DNA of 54,948 bases. It comes from Candidatus Actinomarina sp. Its GTDB lineage: Bacteria > Actinomycetota > Acidimicrobiia > Actinomarinales > Actinomarinaceae. Of this stretch, positions 18,348 to 28,275 are shown in pieces; the stretch's first letter is position 1, and each line of letters starts with the position of its first letter. Location: contig JBEROH010000002.1 in the NCBI GenBank assembly GCA_041234785.1, positions 1 to 54,948 on the forward strand, in the 5' to 3' direction. The position numbers and the translations under genes are program-made. The notes beneath the pieces were generated by a model. The model made no database searches. It was given only the letters and a program-made list of their open reading frames with translations, and was not told where the DNA came from.

Positions 18348-19267
18348 TGATTAAAACTTTAGCTAAATTCGTAACAGTTGTAACAATTTTTAAAAATTTA
18401 ATAGAAACCAAAAAAAGCAAGTCTAATGGTGTTACCCAAATTCATCCAAGCAAAATTCCAGGTAGAACAGTTTTTGTAAGAGAAAAAGAATACTTTATAA
18501 GAGAAAATTATGTTGAAAATACAGTCCCTATTGTTTTTTTGCATAGTTGGGGATCAGATTCATTAGGAAGTTGGTTTAAGATTCTACCAAAGCTAAAAAA
18601 CACAACTTCCTATATTGCAATAGACCTAAAAAACCATGGAAAATCTGACTCTAGTTGGAAAAGGTGGGATGTAGATGAAAATGCAGATATTGTAATTAGC
18701 ATTTTAAAAATGCTAAATATTCAGCAATGTTATTTAGTAGGCTGGTCAATGGGCAGTGCAGTTGGGTTATCAATTGCAAAAAAGGAAGAATCTCTAATAA
18801 AAAAATTAATTTTAGTTACTCCATTTAGTTGGTTAGGTGGCGCTGTTTATCATGATAAAACATTTTTCAAAATCTTTGTGGGGTTTGTAAGAATTAGAGA
18901 AAGATTATTTCCAAATATGAATCCTAAAAATAAATATTCTTTTTTACGCAAAACAAATTCGATTAAAGACGAACATTCTGACTGGGCTTGGAACAATTTA
19001 CATAAATCAAAAGATGATTTTATTTATGCAGATGGAGGCAGATTTGTTGTTCCTTACGATGCAAGACCTTGGATTAACGAAATAGCCATTGAGACTTTAG
19101 TTATAATCGGGGCAAAAGATAAATTAGTACCCGAAGAGACTTCTAAAGAAGTTATAGATCGTTTAATAAATGTTAATGTGAAAACATTCATTGATGCTGG
19201 TCACTCAATACCCTGGACGCATGATGAGGAGCTATTAAAAGAATTGAAAGATTATTTAAACTTATGA
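18347..19267 (+). CDS. alpha/beta-fold hydrolase
   Basis: HSWGS oxyanion region, GWSMGS nucleophile elbow, and C-terminal DAGHSIPW catalytic His. The start shares one nucleotide with the selD stop. Confidence 0.7.
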   Translation: MIKTLAKFVTVVTIFKNLIETKKSKSNGVTQIHPSKIPGRTVFVREKEYFIRENYVENTVPIVFLHSWGSDSLGSWFKILPKLKNTTSYIAIDLKNHGKSDSSWKRWDVDENADIVISILKMLNIQQCYLVGWSMGSAVGLSIAKKEESLIKKLILVTPFSWLGGAVYHDKTFFKIFVGFVRIRERLFPNMNPKNKYSFLRKTNSIKDEHSDWAWNNLHKSKDDFIYADGGRFVVPYDARPWINEIAIETLVIIGAKDKLVPEETSKEVIDRLINVNVKTFIDAGHSIPWTHDEELLKELKDYLNL

Positions 19268-20394
19268 AAAATGTATTGTTTTTCTCACCAACATATTACG
19301 AGCTTCCTCTGAATAAAAATCTTAAAAAAAAATTTGAGTATTTAAGTGAAGTCGGAAATATATTTGTTTTTGCTTTTGCAAGCAAAAAACTTCATTTTAC
19401 TGAATCCAACACAGAATTTTATTTATTTAAAAAAAATAGGGTAAGAGTTATTAATTATTTAAAAATTTTTTTTCATTCATATTTTGAATTATCAAAAATA
19501 GTAGCTTTAAAAGAAATTGAAATTGTTGTCTTTCAAGATCCTGTCACTAGTTTTATCGGAACTTATATGCTTAAAAAAAAGCACAGTAAAGTTGGAATAG
19601 TTGTCGAATCACATGGTGATTTTATTAATACTTTAGGCTTAGAAAAAAACTTACTGTTACCAAAACTTTATGAATATCTTTTTAAAAAAATAGCTTATTT
19701 TACGATAAAAAATGCTGATATTATTAGGGCTGTTTCTTCGTCCACTGAAAAACAATCACTTCTTTTTGATCCAACCAAAAAAGTTGTAAGGTTTCCAGCA
19801 TGGGTTGACTTTGAAAGTTTTAGTCAAGTTGAGCCAAAAAGAGATGCTAATGGAAAATTCAAAATATTATTTATAGGAAGTGTCACAGATCGAAAAAAAC
19901 CTCACATGATAGTAAAATCATTAGCTCTAATAGATGATCCAAATATCGAATTAAATATTGTAGGCCCTACTCCAAATGATAAATATCTGGGAGAGCTTAA
20001 CAGCTTGATTCAAATTAATAATTTAGTTGATAGAGTATTTCTACATGGTATAAAAAATCAAGAAGAAGTAATGGATTATTATGCTACTAGCAATCTTATG
20101 ATCTTACCATCTGTTTCAGAGGGACTTGCAAGGGTAATTTTTGAATCTCAGGCGACAGCGTGTCCCGTTCTTGTAACTGATGCACCAGGTATGCAAGATA
20201 TTGTCCTTGATGGACAGACAGGGTATGTCTTTTTAAGTAATAATCTTGATTCTTTAGTTGAAAAAATCAAATATATTCAAGCAAATTATGATGAATCAAC
20301 ACAAGTAGGAATCAATGCAAAAGAGTTTATTATTAGTAATTTTTCAGCTGAAAAATTTAAATTTAGTTTTAAGAAAATATTTGATTTAGTTTAA
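19264..20394 (+). CDS. GT4-family (GT-B fold) glycosyltransferase
   Basis: C-terminal EX7E motif (EGLARVIFE) followed by PVLVTDAPGMQDIV...GQTGYVF, typical of group-1/GT4 glycosyltransferases. ATGA overlap with the upstream hydrolase. Confidence 0.8.
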   Translation: MKNVLFFSPTYYELPLNKNLKKKFEYLSEVGNIFVFAFASKKLHFTESNTEFYLFKKNRVRVINYLKIFFHSYFELSKIVALKEIEIVVFQDPVTSFIGTYMLKKKHSKVGIVVESHGDFINTLGLEKNLLLPKLYEYLFKKIAYFTIKNADIIRAVSSSTEKQSLLFDPTKKVVRFPAWVDFESFSQVEPKRDANGKFKILFIGSVTDRKKPHMIVKSLALIDDPNIELNIVGPTPNDKYLGELNSLIQINNLVDRVFLHGIKNQEEVMDYYATSNLMILPSVSEGLARVIFESQATACPVLVTDAPGMQDIVLDGQTGYVFLSNNLDSLVEKIKYIQANYDESTQVGINAKEFIISNFSAEKFKFSFKKIFDLV

Positions 20395-20450
20395 TTTTTA
20401 AAATACTTCTTAATATTTAAACTGTCTGAGTACATTGCTATTCTAATCAT

Positions 20451-21488
20451 GTGGATATTTTTCTAATTTTATTTTTGGTCGCATTAATTGCTCTTTTGGG
20501 GTTAACTATTTTATGGAATAAAACCAGTAATAAGCTAATTGAATTAAAAACCTTGGATGAAAATAAAATAGATTTAAGCAATTCAGACTATCCATTTAAT
20601 CAAACACTTGAAGAATTAAAAGGTCAAATACAAATAATTGAAAAAGGCTATACAGATTATATTGTGACTAAAGAAGGCATCAACACAAAGCTTGAAGATT
20701 TAAAAGCATTAACCTCAAAACTTAATTTAACTCTTTCAAGCAATCAAAAACGTGGAGCTTGGGGGGAGATTCAAGCTGAAAAGATTTTAGAAGATGCAGG
20801 CTTAATTAATGGTCAACATTATGTCACACAAGTTAAATTAGCTTCTGGGGGTAAACCTGATGTAACTTTTAAGCTACCTAATGAAAAAATTTTAAATCTA
20901 GATGTTAAATTTCCACTTGAGAACTACATGTCATACTTGGGAATAATTGATAAAAAAAATAATACAATTGACGAGAACGAAGTTGGAATATTAGATGATA
21001 GAGCAAAAATTCTTAAGAATCAATTCTTAGAAGATGTTAGAAGAAGAGTAGATGAAGTTACAAAAGAAGGATATATAGATCCTTCTTCTAACACAATTGA
21101 CTATGCGCTAATGTTTGTACCTGTTGAAGGTGTTTTTCAGTTTATAGTAGAAAATGAGCTTGAATTAAAAAGTAAAAATGTAGATATATACGATGAAGCT
21201 ATTGGGAAGAAAGTCATCCTAGTACCCCCATCTTTATTATTGGTATATTACTCGACAATTAAAAATGCTGTTGACACTTTTAATTTACAAGACAAAGCTA
21301 AAAATCTTATTGAATTGCATAAAAAGTTTGTAAAGCAATGGGAAGCATATAGTGATTCAATTTCTCAAATAGGAGTATCAATAGAAAACTTACAAAAAAA
21401 ATATAAGGAAGTTAGCGATACTAGAACAAACCAACTTAGTAAAGTGGTTGAGGAAATGGATAGACTTAAACTAGAAAGTTCAGAATAA
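20451..21488 (+). CDS. rmuC: DNA recombination protein RmuC
   Basis: N-terminal TM plus coiled coil. RGAWGEIQAEKILEDAGL motif and the PDVTFKLP...LDVKFP nuclease-like core typical of RmuC. GTG start. Confidence 0.8.
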   Translation: MDIFLILFLVALIALLGLTILWNKTSNKLIELKTLDENKIDLSNSDYPFNQTLEELKGQIQIIEKGYTDYIVTKEGINTKLEDLKALTSKLNLTLSSNQKRGAWGEIQAEKILEDAGLINGQHYVTQVKLASGGKPDVTFKLPNEKILNLDVKFPLENYMSYLGIIDKKNNTIDENEVGILDDRAKILKNQFLEDVRRRVDEVTKEGYIDPSSNTIDYALMFVPVEGVFQFIVENELELKSKNVDIYDEAIGKKVILVPPSLLLVYYSTIKNAVDTFNLQDKAKNLIELHKKFVKQWEAYSDSISQIGVSIENLQKKYKEVSDTRTNQLSKVVEEMDRLKLESSE

Positions 21489-21490
21489 AA

Positions 21491-21868
21491 CTATTTAGCC
21501 TCAACCATGATGCATTTATCGTCAATAAATTTTTTACCTTCGTTTAGTAAATATTCTGAAATTTCTTTACTTTCCGCTCCAGGTTGATACCAAAAGTTAT
21601 CATAACCAAGCTTTACTAGGTCTTTAGTTATTTTTAGTCCTAGTGAGGGTGGTACAACAAAATTAATAATTGATGGCTTTTTTTGCATCTCAGAGACTTT
21701 TGAAAAAGATGCAAGCCCATTAACTTGTTTTTCTTTAGGGTTAATTGGAACTACTTTATAATTTTTAGATAGTAAATTTAATAAAATTTTATTTCCATAT
21801 TTTTTAGGATTATTACTTGCACCTATTAATGCTACTAAGTTATCTTTATTCTTTAATAGCTCAATCAA
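21491..21868 (-). CDS. CoA-binding domain protein (YccU/YneT-like)
   Basis: 125 aa with VALIGASNNPKKYGNKI and VNGL...YKVVPINPK motifs of the small CoA-binding family. Confidence 0.7.
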   Translation of the reverse strand: MIELLKNKDNLVALIGASNNPKKYGNKILLNLLSKNYKVVPINPKEKQVNGLASFSKVSEMQKKPSIINFVVPPSLGLKITKDLVKLGYDNFWYQPGAESKEISEYLLNEGKKFIDDKCIMVEAK

Positions 21869-23659
21869 TTAAAAATTTTCAGCTTTCATGGCATATAGGT
21901 CTTCTTTACCAGCAGTGATAGCTGAAGCGTATCCTGATGCTAAAGGAAGGAGCTGCTCGATATAAAATTTTGAAAGTGTAAATTTGTCTTTGTAGTATTC
22001 ATCTCCTGTTTGCTCGAATTTTTTATCAGCCAGTATTGCTGCTTTCCCCATATAATATCCACCTATAACCTGACCAAACATTTTTAAATAAGGAGTTGCT
22101 CCAGCACTTGCATCAACTAAATTCCCTTCAAGCATCTTTTCACCAAGCCATACGGTAATCTCTGCAAGTTTTGTAACTTCTTTTTCTAATTTTTCACCAA
22201 GGGATTTGATAGATTCACTTTCATTCTTCATCTCATCTATAACTTTATTAATGTCGGAAAAGAGACGTTGTACAGCTTGTCCACCATCGAGAGGTAGTTT
22301 TCTGAACATAAGATCTAATGCTTGAATTCCATTTGTTCCTTCATAAATTGGGGCTATTCTTGCATCTCGAAGGTATTGAGCAACACCAGTTTCTTCAACA
22401 TATCCCATTCCACCATAAACTTGGATTGCAATTGATGATAATTCAACTCCAAGATCAGACACCCAGGCTTTAGTAATAGGTGTTAGAATTCCGCATCTTT
22501 CCTCACCAAAAGATTTAGTCTCTTCATCTTCAGCAAAATACTCTACATCAAGCATAAGCTGATTATCGAACATTAGGTATCTCATAGCGTCAACATATGA
22601 TTTGATAGTCATAAGCATTCTTCTAACATCTGCATGGTCAATTATTGTTGAATTTTTTGCATCTTCTTTGGACATTCCTACTGGTCTACCTTGTACTCTA
22701 TCTCTAGCGTATTGAGCAGCCCCTTGAAGTGCTCCAGAAGCACAAGCCAGTCCTTGTCCCCCAACCCAAATTCTTGCTTCGTTCATCATGGTAAACATAT
22801 AGGAAAGACCACGATTTTCTTCTCCTACTAAATATCCTGTTGATTCGCTGTATTCCATTACACATGTTGGACTAGCATGAATACCCAACTTTTCTTCAAT
22901 GGAAATACAACTTACATTATTTTGTTCTCCTAGTGTTCCGTCATCATTAACTAAAAACTTAGGAACAATAAACATCGAAATTCCCTTGGTTCCTTCTGGT
23001 GACCCCGGAACTTTTGCTAAAACTAAATGTATTATGTTTTCAGTCATATTGTGGTCACCAAATGTAATCCATACTTTTGTACCGGTTATTTTATATGTCC
23101 CATCTTCTTGAGGAATAGCTTTTGTAGTTATAGTTCCTAAGTCTGATCCAGATTGTGGCTCACTCAAGTTCATAGTCCCAGTCCACTCTCCAGAGACTAA
23201 TTTAGGGAGAAACTTATCTTTTTGTTCTTGACTTCCATGAAAATTTATTGCTGAAATTGCTCCAGCACTTAGACCAGGTGCAAGTCCAAATGCTAATTTA
23301 GCAGTACTTAAAATTTCTAGAGTACCTCCAGATAATGTTATAGGCATTCCACCACCACCAATTTCTGAGGGCAATGAAATAGAAGCCCAACCAGCTTCAG
23401 CAAATTTTTTATATGCATCAACAAACTCTTGAGGCATTATTACATTTCCGTCTTTGTAAATTGCACCTTGCTTATCTCCAAGGGCATTTATTGGTGCTAA
23501 AACTTCTTCAGAAAATTTTGCACATTCTTCCATTGTGGGAATAACTATATCTTCTGTAAAATCTTTAAACGCGGAAATTTTTTGCAAGATGTTATATGAA
23601 TCAATAACTTCATACCCAAAAATAATATCTTTTACTGGAGCTTTGTATTGAACAGCCAT
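21869..23659 (-). CDS. acyl-CoA dehydrogenase (long form with C-terminal extension)
   Basis: ACAD middle and C-terminal domain patterns (LSEPQSGSDL, IYEGTNGIQALDL). Length is 596 aa. Confidence 0.85.
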   Translation of the reverse strand: MAVQYKAPVKDIIFGYEVIDSYNILQKISAFKDFTEDIVIPTMEECAKFSEEVLAPINALGDKQGAIYKDGNVIMPQEFVDAYKKFAEAGWASISLPSEIGGGGMPITLSGGTLEILSTAKLAFGLAPGLSAGAISAINFHGSQEQKDKFLPKLVSGEWTGTMNLSEPQSGSDLGTITTKAIPQEDGTYKITGTKVWITFGDHNMTENIIHLVLAKVPGSPEGTKGISMFIVPKFLVNDDGTLGEQNNVSCISIEEKLGIHASPTCVMEYSESTGYLVGEENRGLSYMFTMMNEARIWVGGQGLACASGALQGAAQYARDRVQGRPVGMSKEDAKNSTIIDHADVRRMLMTIKSYVDAMRYLMFDNQLMLDVEYFAEDEETKSFGEERCGILTPITKAWVSDLGVELSSIAIQVYGGMGYVEETGVAQYLRDARIAPIYEGTNGIQALDLMFRKLPLDGGQAVQRLFSDINKVIDEMKNESESIKSLGEKLEKEVTKLAEITVWLGEKMLEGNLVDASAGATPYLKMFGQVIGGYYMGKAAILADKKFEQTGDEYYKDKFTLSKFYIEQLLPLASGYASAITAGKEDLYAMKAENF

Positions 23660-23698
23660 ACATTTACTTTAATATATATTGGTTTAAAGACTAAATAT

Positions 23699-24550
23699 TT
23701 AGCGAGGTTTAACTTCAACTAATTTAGCAATTTCATTAATTTTACTTAATGAGGGCTCTTCGTTAGTACCTGCTACTATAGCTCCAGCAGCACAAGCATT
23801 TTTAATAGTTGAAACTAAATTATTTACTCCAAATGCACCAATATAAGCAGCAGTAGTATCTCCAGCACCAGTTGCATTAATTGTTTTAAATTCAGGTGGA
23901 ATAATTTCAATAGCTCCATCTCTGCTTATTAATCTCGCAGGTAAGTTCGAAGCTGTAAGGAGGATATACTTTACAATTTCGTTATCAATTAAATTATTTG
24001 CCTCTTGTATCGATATCTCGTCTTTGCTTACAATTAAAAAATCAAGATTGTAATTTATGTGTGTCTCATATCCAGCTTGTATAATGAATAAATTTTTATT
24101 TGAAGACAAATTTGGCAAGTGTTCCGAAATATATTTTACAGAGTAACGATCTAAAATTATTGAATCAAAGCTTTCCAGATTATTAAATTTACTCCATTTT
24201 GATTTTGAATATCCAGATGAAACGATAGTTCTTTCCCCACTGGAATCTACAAAAATTGAACAAGTAGGAGTTACACCTTCGATAACTAAATTTTTATGCT
24301 TTATATTTTGAGATTCTAAAAAGTTGATTATATATTCACCCAGTGGATCAGATCCAATACTATTACCACGGACTTCTATAAAGCTATCACTCCATATCTT
24401 AATTTTTTCTGCACAATTAATTGCGGTACCACCTGGCCTTAATTTATAATCATCACTTTGAATATCTCCACCTAAATCTGGTAGTTTATCAACAAAGTAA
24501 ATTAAATCGGGATTAATTGTTCCGTAACATAGAATATTATTAAAAGACAT
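23699..24550 (-). CDS. PfkB-family carbohydrate kinase (ribokinase-like)
   Basis: N-terminal GGTAINCA-type motif and C-terminal NATGAGDTTAAY / GA anion-hole motif of the PfkB family. Confidence 0.75.
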   Translation of the reverse strand: MSFNNILCYGTINPDLIYFVDKLPDLGGDIQSDDYKLRPGGTAINCAEKIKIWSDSFIEVRGNSIGSDPLGEYIINFLESQNIKHKNLVIEGVTPTCSIFVDSSGERTIVSSGYSKSKWSKFNNLESFDSIILDRYSVKYISEHLPNLSSNKNLFIIQAGYETHINYNLDFLIVSKDEISIQEANNLIDNEIVKYILLTASNLPARLISRDGAIEIIPPEFKTINATGAGDTTAAYIGAFGVNNLVSTIKNACAAGAIVAGTNEEPSLSKINEIAKLVEVKPR

Positions 24551-24569
24551 AGTTTATATAATAGTATCT

Positions 24570-25136
24570 GTGAATGAAGCTTTAAATATTTCTAAAAAAC
24601 TTATATGGTTTACAATTTTTTACAACCTAATCGAAGGTATTTTTGCAGTTTATTTTGGAGTTCAAAGCAATAGCACTTCATTAATGGGATTTGGGCTCGA
24701 TAGTTTTATTGAGATATCAGCTTCAATAATTGCACTTTGGGGAATTAATTCTAACAATTTAGATTTTGAAAAAAAAGCCGAAAAGCTTATTGCTTACTCT
24801 TTTTTGGTGCTAGCTTTCTTTATTGTTTTTAAGTCAATTCTTGATTTAATTAATCAAAACAGACCTGAAGCCTCAATTTTTGGAATAATAGTTGCTACAG
24901 TTTCTATTGCTGTTGAAGGCCCATTGTCTTATAAAAAATATAAAATTGGAACAAAATTAAATAATAAAGTAGTTATTGCTGAAGCAAAAGAAACTTTATT
25001 TTGCTTAAATTTATCAGTATTAGTTATTGTTGGTGTGGGTGCTAATTATTATTTTGGACTTTGGTATTTTGATCCAATTGCTGCCTTGCTTATGGTTCCT
25101 TGGTTAATCTATGAATTTAAGCAACATACTGCTTAA
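24570..25136 (+). CDS. membrane protein resembling the TM domain of cation-diffusion-facilitator transporters
   Basis: About 5-6 TM helices. An LIEGIFAVYFGVQSNSTSLMGFGLDSFIE block is similar to CDF TM1-2. There is no cytoplasmic C-terminal domain. GTG start. Confidence 0.4.
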   Translation: MNEALNISKKLIWFTIFYNLIEGIFAVYFGVQSNSTSLMGFGLDSFIEISASIIALWGINSNNLDFEKKAEKLIAYSFLVLAFFIVFKSILDLINQNRPEASIFGIIVATVSIAVEGPLSYKKYKIGTKLNNKVVIAEAKETLFCLNLSVLVIVGVGANYYFGLWYFDPIAALLMVPWLIYEFKQHTA

Positions 25137-25140
25137 ATTA

Positions 25141-27108
25141 TTACACCAACCCACTAATCAATGCACCAGCCACCAGAATAATTAAATAACTAAAAAGACC
25201 TCCAATTATTGCTGCATATTTCATTTGCTTTGAAATTGCACTCGGACCAACAAGATGATATCCCAAGACTCCAAAAAATGGAACAAGATATACAATAGCC
25301 AGCCATATATATTTCTTACTTCCACTTACCTTGCCGTTAGAGTCTATATCTTTTATTGCTAGCGCTGCCCAAGCTGCATATAAAACAAATGGCATTAGAT
25401 ATCCATATAATTGAAATAGCAACTGCCATAATGTAGGACTTGAAATTGGTACACCACTCATAATTATCTCCTTTTCAGCTTTGTAGTAGTTTTCAATATT
25501 TTTGTCTAAAAGGTTATAAGGAACTTTAATTTCATCTAGGTTTGGAACATAAAATAAGTCTATTGCTGGTGCAGGTTGGTTTAAATTACCAAAAACCATA
25601 TTTTGTTGTTCTTTTGGCCACGGATATTCTTTGTATTTGTTTTTATCAATTTCTGAAGTTTGAGCATCAGCAAAGTATCCAGCTAAAAGCATCAAACCAG
25701 ATGGCTCACCTTGTAAAGGAAATCTTGACAGTATATTTCCTGATTCTAAACCACTGCAGTTATGAATTTGTTCAAGTAGTGGAGGAGTGCTTGTTTGGTA
25801 AATATTATTTTCAAAACAATTTCCTGGACCCCAAGGTCCTGCAAAAGCTAAGTCACTAAATCCTGAATCAAGGACTACGTTACCTTTAACTACAACATGT
25901 TGAGAAAAATATAGATTAGCGTCTAACATTGGGCTTGCTACAATACCGTATCTATTATGGTTAATAACTAAGTTTTTTTCGATAATGTCACCAACCCTTC
26001 CAGGAACTACAATACCCATTCCTTTAGCTACCAGTCCAAATTTATTAGTAGGAGCTTCATAATTGTTATTATCAATAACTAAATTTCCAATAATTGTTGT
26101 TTCTCTACCTGGAGGATTTAGTTCGGAGTCTAGAGTGTTTGGAACAATGCCAGACATGTTGTCTCTCCAAATATTGTTAAAAAGATATAAGTGACCGCCA
26201 GCATTGGTTCCTGAATAACCTAACGCATTTCCTTCGACAACATTATCATAAATTAAAGAATTACAAGGATAGCATTGACCAATATAAATTCCACTATCAG
26301 GGTGTCCTGATGCATATATATTGTTAAACACACCATCTGTCGAGTTAAAAGCATAAACTCCGTAATCACCATTATTATATACAGTTAGATAAGAGCCTCT
26401 GAATCCTTTTGAATTATTCCAGTAAACTCCATTTAAAGAAAAATTTCTAACAGATAAATTTTCAATAGACACACCGTCAGTATCGTAAATTTGAATCCCA
26501 TTTTCTCTCATAAACTCGCCATCAATAATGACTTTGTTTCTATCTACTCCTCTTATAGTTAAATAAGGTGTGGTTATTGTAACGCTTTCGTTATAAACTC
26601 CTTCATGAATTAAAACGAGATCTCCTTCAGTTGCTATATCAACTGCTTTTTGAATTGTAGGGAATTCACCTTCTTTTTTAACAATAAGTACATTGTTATT
26701 AAGAACTACTTTACTATTCTCTTCAGGAGCTGTGTATTCCATATCTCCTACGATAATAATTCCAACCATTCCTTTATCGTTTGTGCCATGGTAAGGACAG
26801 TAGTACTCGTAAATTCCTGGCTCGTCAAAAGTATGTTCAAATTGATCACCTTTAGTGATGATTCCATATTCAAAATAATCTGATGAGATAGCCTGCCATG
26901 AGCCATCACTTGCAATTACATTATGATTATTTGCCCCTCCAGATTCCCAAATAACTGTTGTTCCGGGTTCTATTCTTAAAACGTTTGGAGAAAATTCGTC
27001 ATCAACAACTTTGACTATCTGTGGTTCTATGTATGCACTTTGACTTGAATCACAAGCATAAAAACAAACAAACAAAGTAATTATTAACAATTTATGAATG
27101 TTTTTCAC
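25141..27108 (-). CDS. lipoprotein-like fusion: cupredoxin domain + right-handed beta-helix (NosD/CASH-like) + C-terminal multi-TM anchor
   Basis: Signal peptide with lipobox-like FYAC. Type-1 Cu ligand set (NHNV ... YYCPYHGTNDKGM). Repetitive beta-helix region (GVYNESVTIT.. LTIRG.. VIIDG...). The C-terminal TM helices include a PLDc_N-like WLAIVYLVPFFGVLGYHLVG segment. Confidence 0.6.
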   Translation of the reverse strand: MKNIHKLLIITLFVCFYACDSSQSAYIEPQIVKVVDDEFSPNVLRIEPGTTVIWESGGANNHNVIASDGSWQAISSDYFEYGIITKGDQFEHTFDEPGIYEYYCPYHGTNDKGMVGIIIVGDMEYTAPEENSKVVLNNNVLIVKKEGEFPTIQKAVDIATEGDLVLIHEGVYNESVTITTPYLTIRGVDRNKVIIDGEFMRENGIQIYDTDGVSIENLSVRNFSLNGVYWNNSKGFRGSYLTVYNNGDYGVYAFNSTDGVFNNIYASGHPDSGIYIGQCYPCNSLIYDNVVEGNALGYSGTNAGGHLYLFNNIWRDNMSGIVPNTLDSELNPPGRETTIIGNLVIDNNNYEAPTNKFGLVAKGMGIVVPGRVGDIIEKNLVINHNRYGIVASPMLDANLYFSQHVVVKGNVVLDSGFSDLAFAGPWGPGNCFENNIYQTSTPPLLEQIHNCSGLESGNILSRFPLQGEPSGLMLLAGYFADAQTSEIDKNKYKEYPWPKEQQNMVFGNLNQPAPAIDLFYVPNLDEIKVPYNLLDKNIENYYKAEKEIIMSGVPISSPTLWQLLFQLYGYLMPFVLYAAWAALAIKDIDSNGKVSGSKKYIWLAIVYLVPFFGVLGYHLVGPSAISKQMKYAAIIGGLFSYLIILVAGALISGLV

Positions 27109-27172
27109 ATTTAAATTTTAGCTTTTTATCAAGAAGTATTCTATTTTAATTTGATATAGTTACCATTAAATA

Positions 27173-27403
27173 ATGGACAAAGAACAATATCCAGTTAATC
27201 GCACAATTTGGAATTGTATAAAATGTAATTCATCTGAATTTACTGAGGACATTGTAACAATGACTGGAAAAAGTTGGTCAAGATTTATGAATATTCAGAA
27301 TAGAAAATTTGCATCAATATCTTGTGATAAGTGTGGCTATACAGAATTTTACAGAGGAAATTCTAAAGCTTGGGAAAATGTAATAGACTTTTTTGGTAAT
27401 TAA
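27173..27403 (+). CDS. zinc-ribbon protein (two CxxC pairs)
   Basis: CIKCNSSEF ... SCDKCGYTEFY pattern of a small conserved Zn-ribbon family. Length is 76 aa. Confidence 0.6.
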   Translation: MDKEQYPVNRTIWNCIKCNSSEFTEDIVTMTGKSWSRFMNIQNRKFASISCDKCGYTEFYRGNSKAWENVIDFFGN

Positions 27404-27414
27404 ACTTTATTTAA

Positions 27415-28263
27415 CTATGCCTGTATCCACTCGTCTGGATTATCATCAACAAAAAAATCAGAAACCAAAGTAGCCTCTGGGTCAATTGCATACTTATCAA
27501 AATCAGTAACACCTTCTTCTTCAAGCACATCTTGATCTAGATAGAAGTTTCCAGTATTTGAAGAAGAATCTCGTTTTAAGACGGCATAGGCTGCATCTGC
27601 ATATATAGATGGTTTTCTTGATCCTTTAATTAAATCAGCACCTATAACATTTCTTACAGCAGCTGTGTCAAGTGAAGTTCTTGGCCATAAGCAATTTGAA
27701 GCAATATTGAATTTACTTAATTCTTCAGCCAATCCATGTGCGACTAAAGACATGCCATATTTTGCAGTTGTATAAGCTAATGTCATTCCAAACCATTTTC
27801 TGGAAATATTTAAAGGTGGTGAAAGTGTAAGAATATGAGAGTTGTCACCATTTTTTAGGTGAGGAATACACTTTTGACTTAACATAAAAGTGCCTCTCAC
27901 ATTAATATTATGCATTAAGTCATATCTTTTCATTGGAGTGTTTACAGTATCTGTTAAATGTATTGCGCTTGCATTATTTATGCAAATGTCTAAGCCTCCA
28001 AATTGTTTTACTGCTTCGTCAACAGAATTTTCAACTTGTTCTTCAAATCTTATATCACAAACAATTGGTAAAGCGTTGCCTCCAACGGCTTCAATCTCTT
28101 TAGCTGCGGTATATATTGTTCCAGGTAATGTCGGATGTGGTTCGGTAGTTTTTGCTAGGATTACAATATTTGCACCATCTTTTCCTAAAGTTTTAGCAAT
28201 TTCAAGACCTACACCTCGAGATCCACCACTCATAATAATTGTTTTATCTCTAAAATATGTCAT
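27415..28263 (-). CDS. SDR-family oxidoreductase
   Basis: SGGSRGVG cofactor motif, NNAS, and the YTTAK (YxxxK) catalytic motif. Confidence 0.8.
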   Translation of the reverse strand: MTYFRDKTIIMSGGSRGVGLEIAKTLGKDGANIVILAKTTEPHPTLPGTIYTAAKEIEAVGGNALPIVCDIRFEEQVENSVDEAVKQFGGLDICINNASAIHLTDTVNTPMKRYDLMHNINVRGTFMLSQKCIPHLKNGDNSHILTLSPPLNISRKWFGMTLAYTTAKYGMSLVAHGLAEELSKFNIASNCLWPRTSLDTAAVRNVIGADLIKGSRKPSIYADAAYAVLKRDSSSNTGNFYLDQDVLEEEGVTDFDKYAIDPEATLVSDFFVDDNPDEWIQA

Positions 28264-28275
28264 TTAGATATTCTA

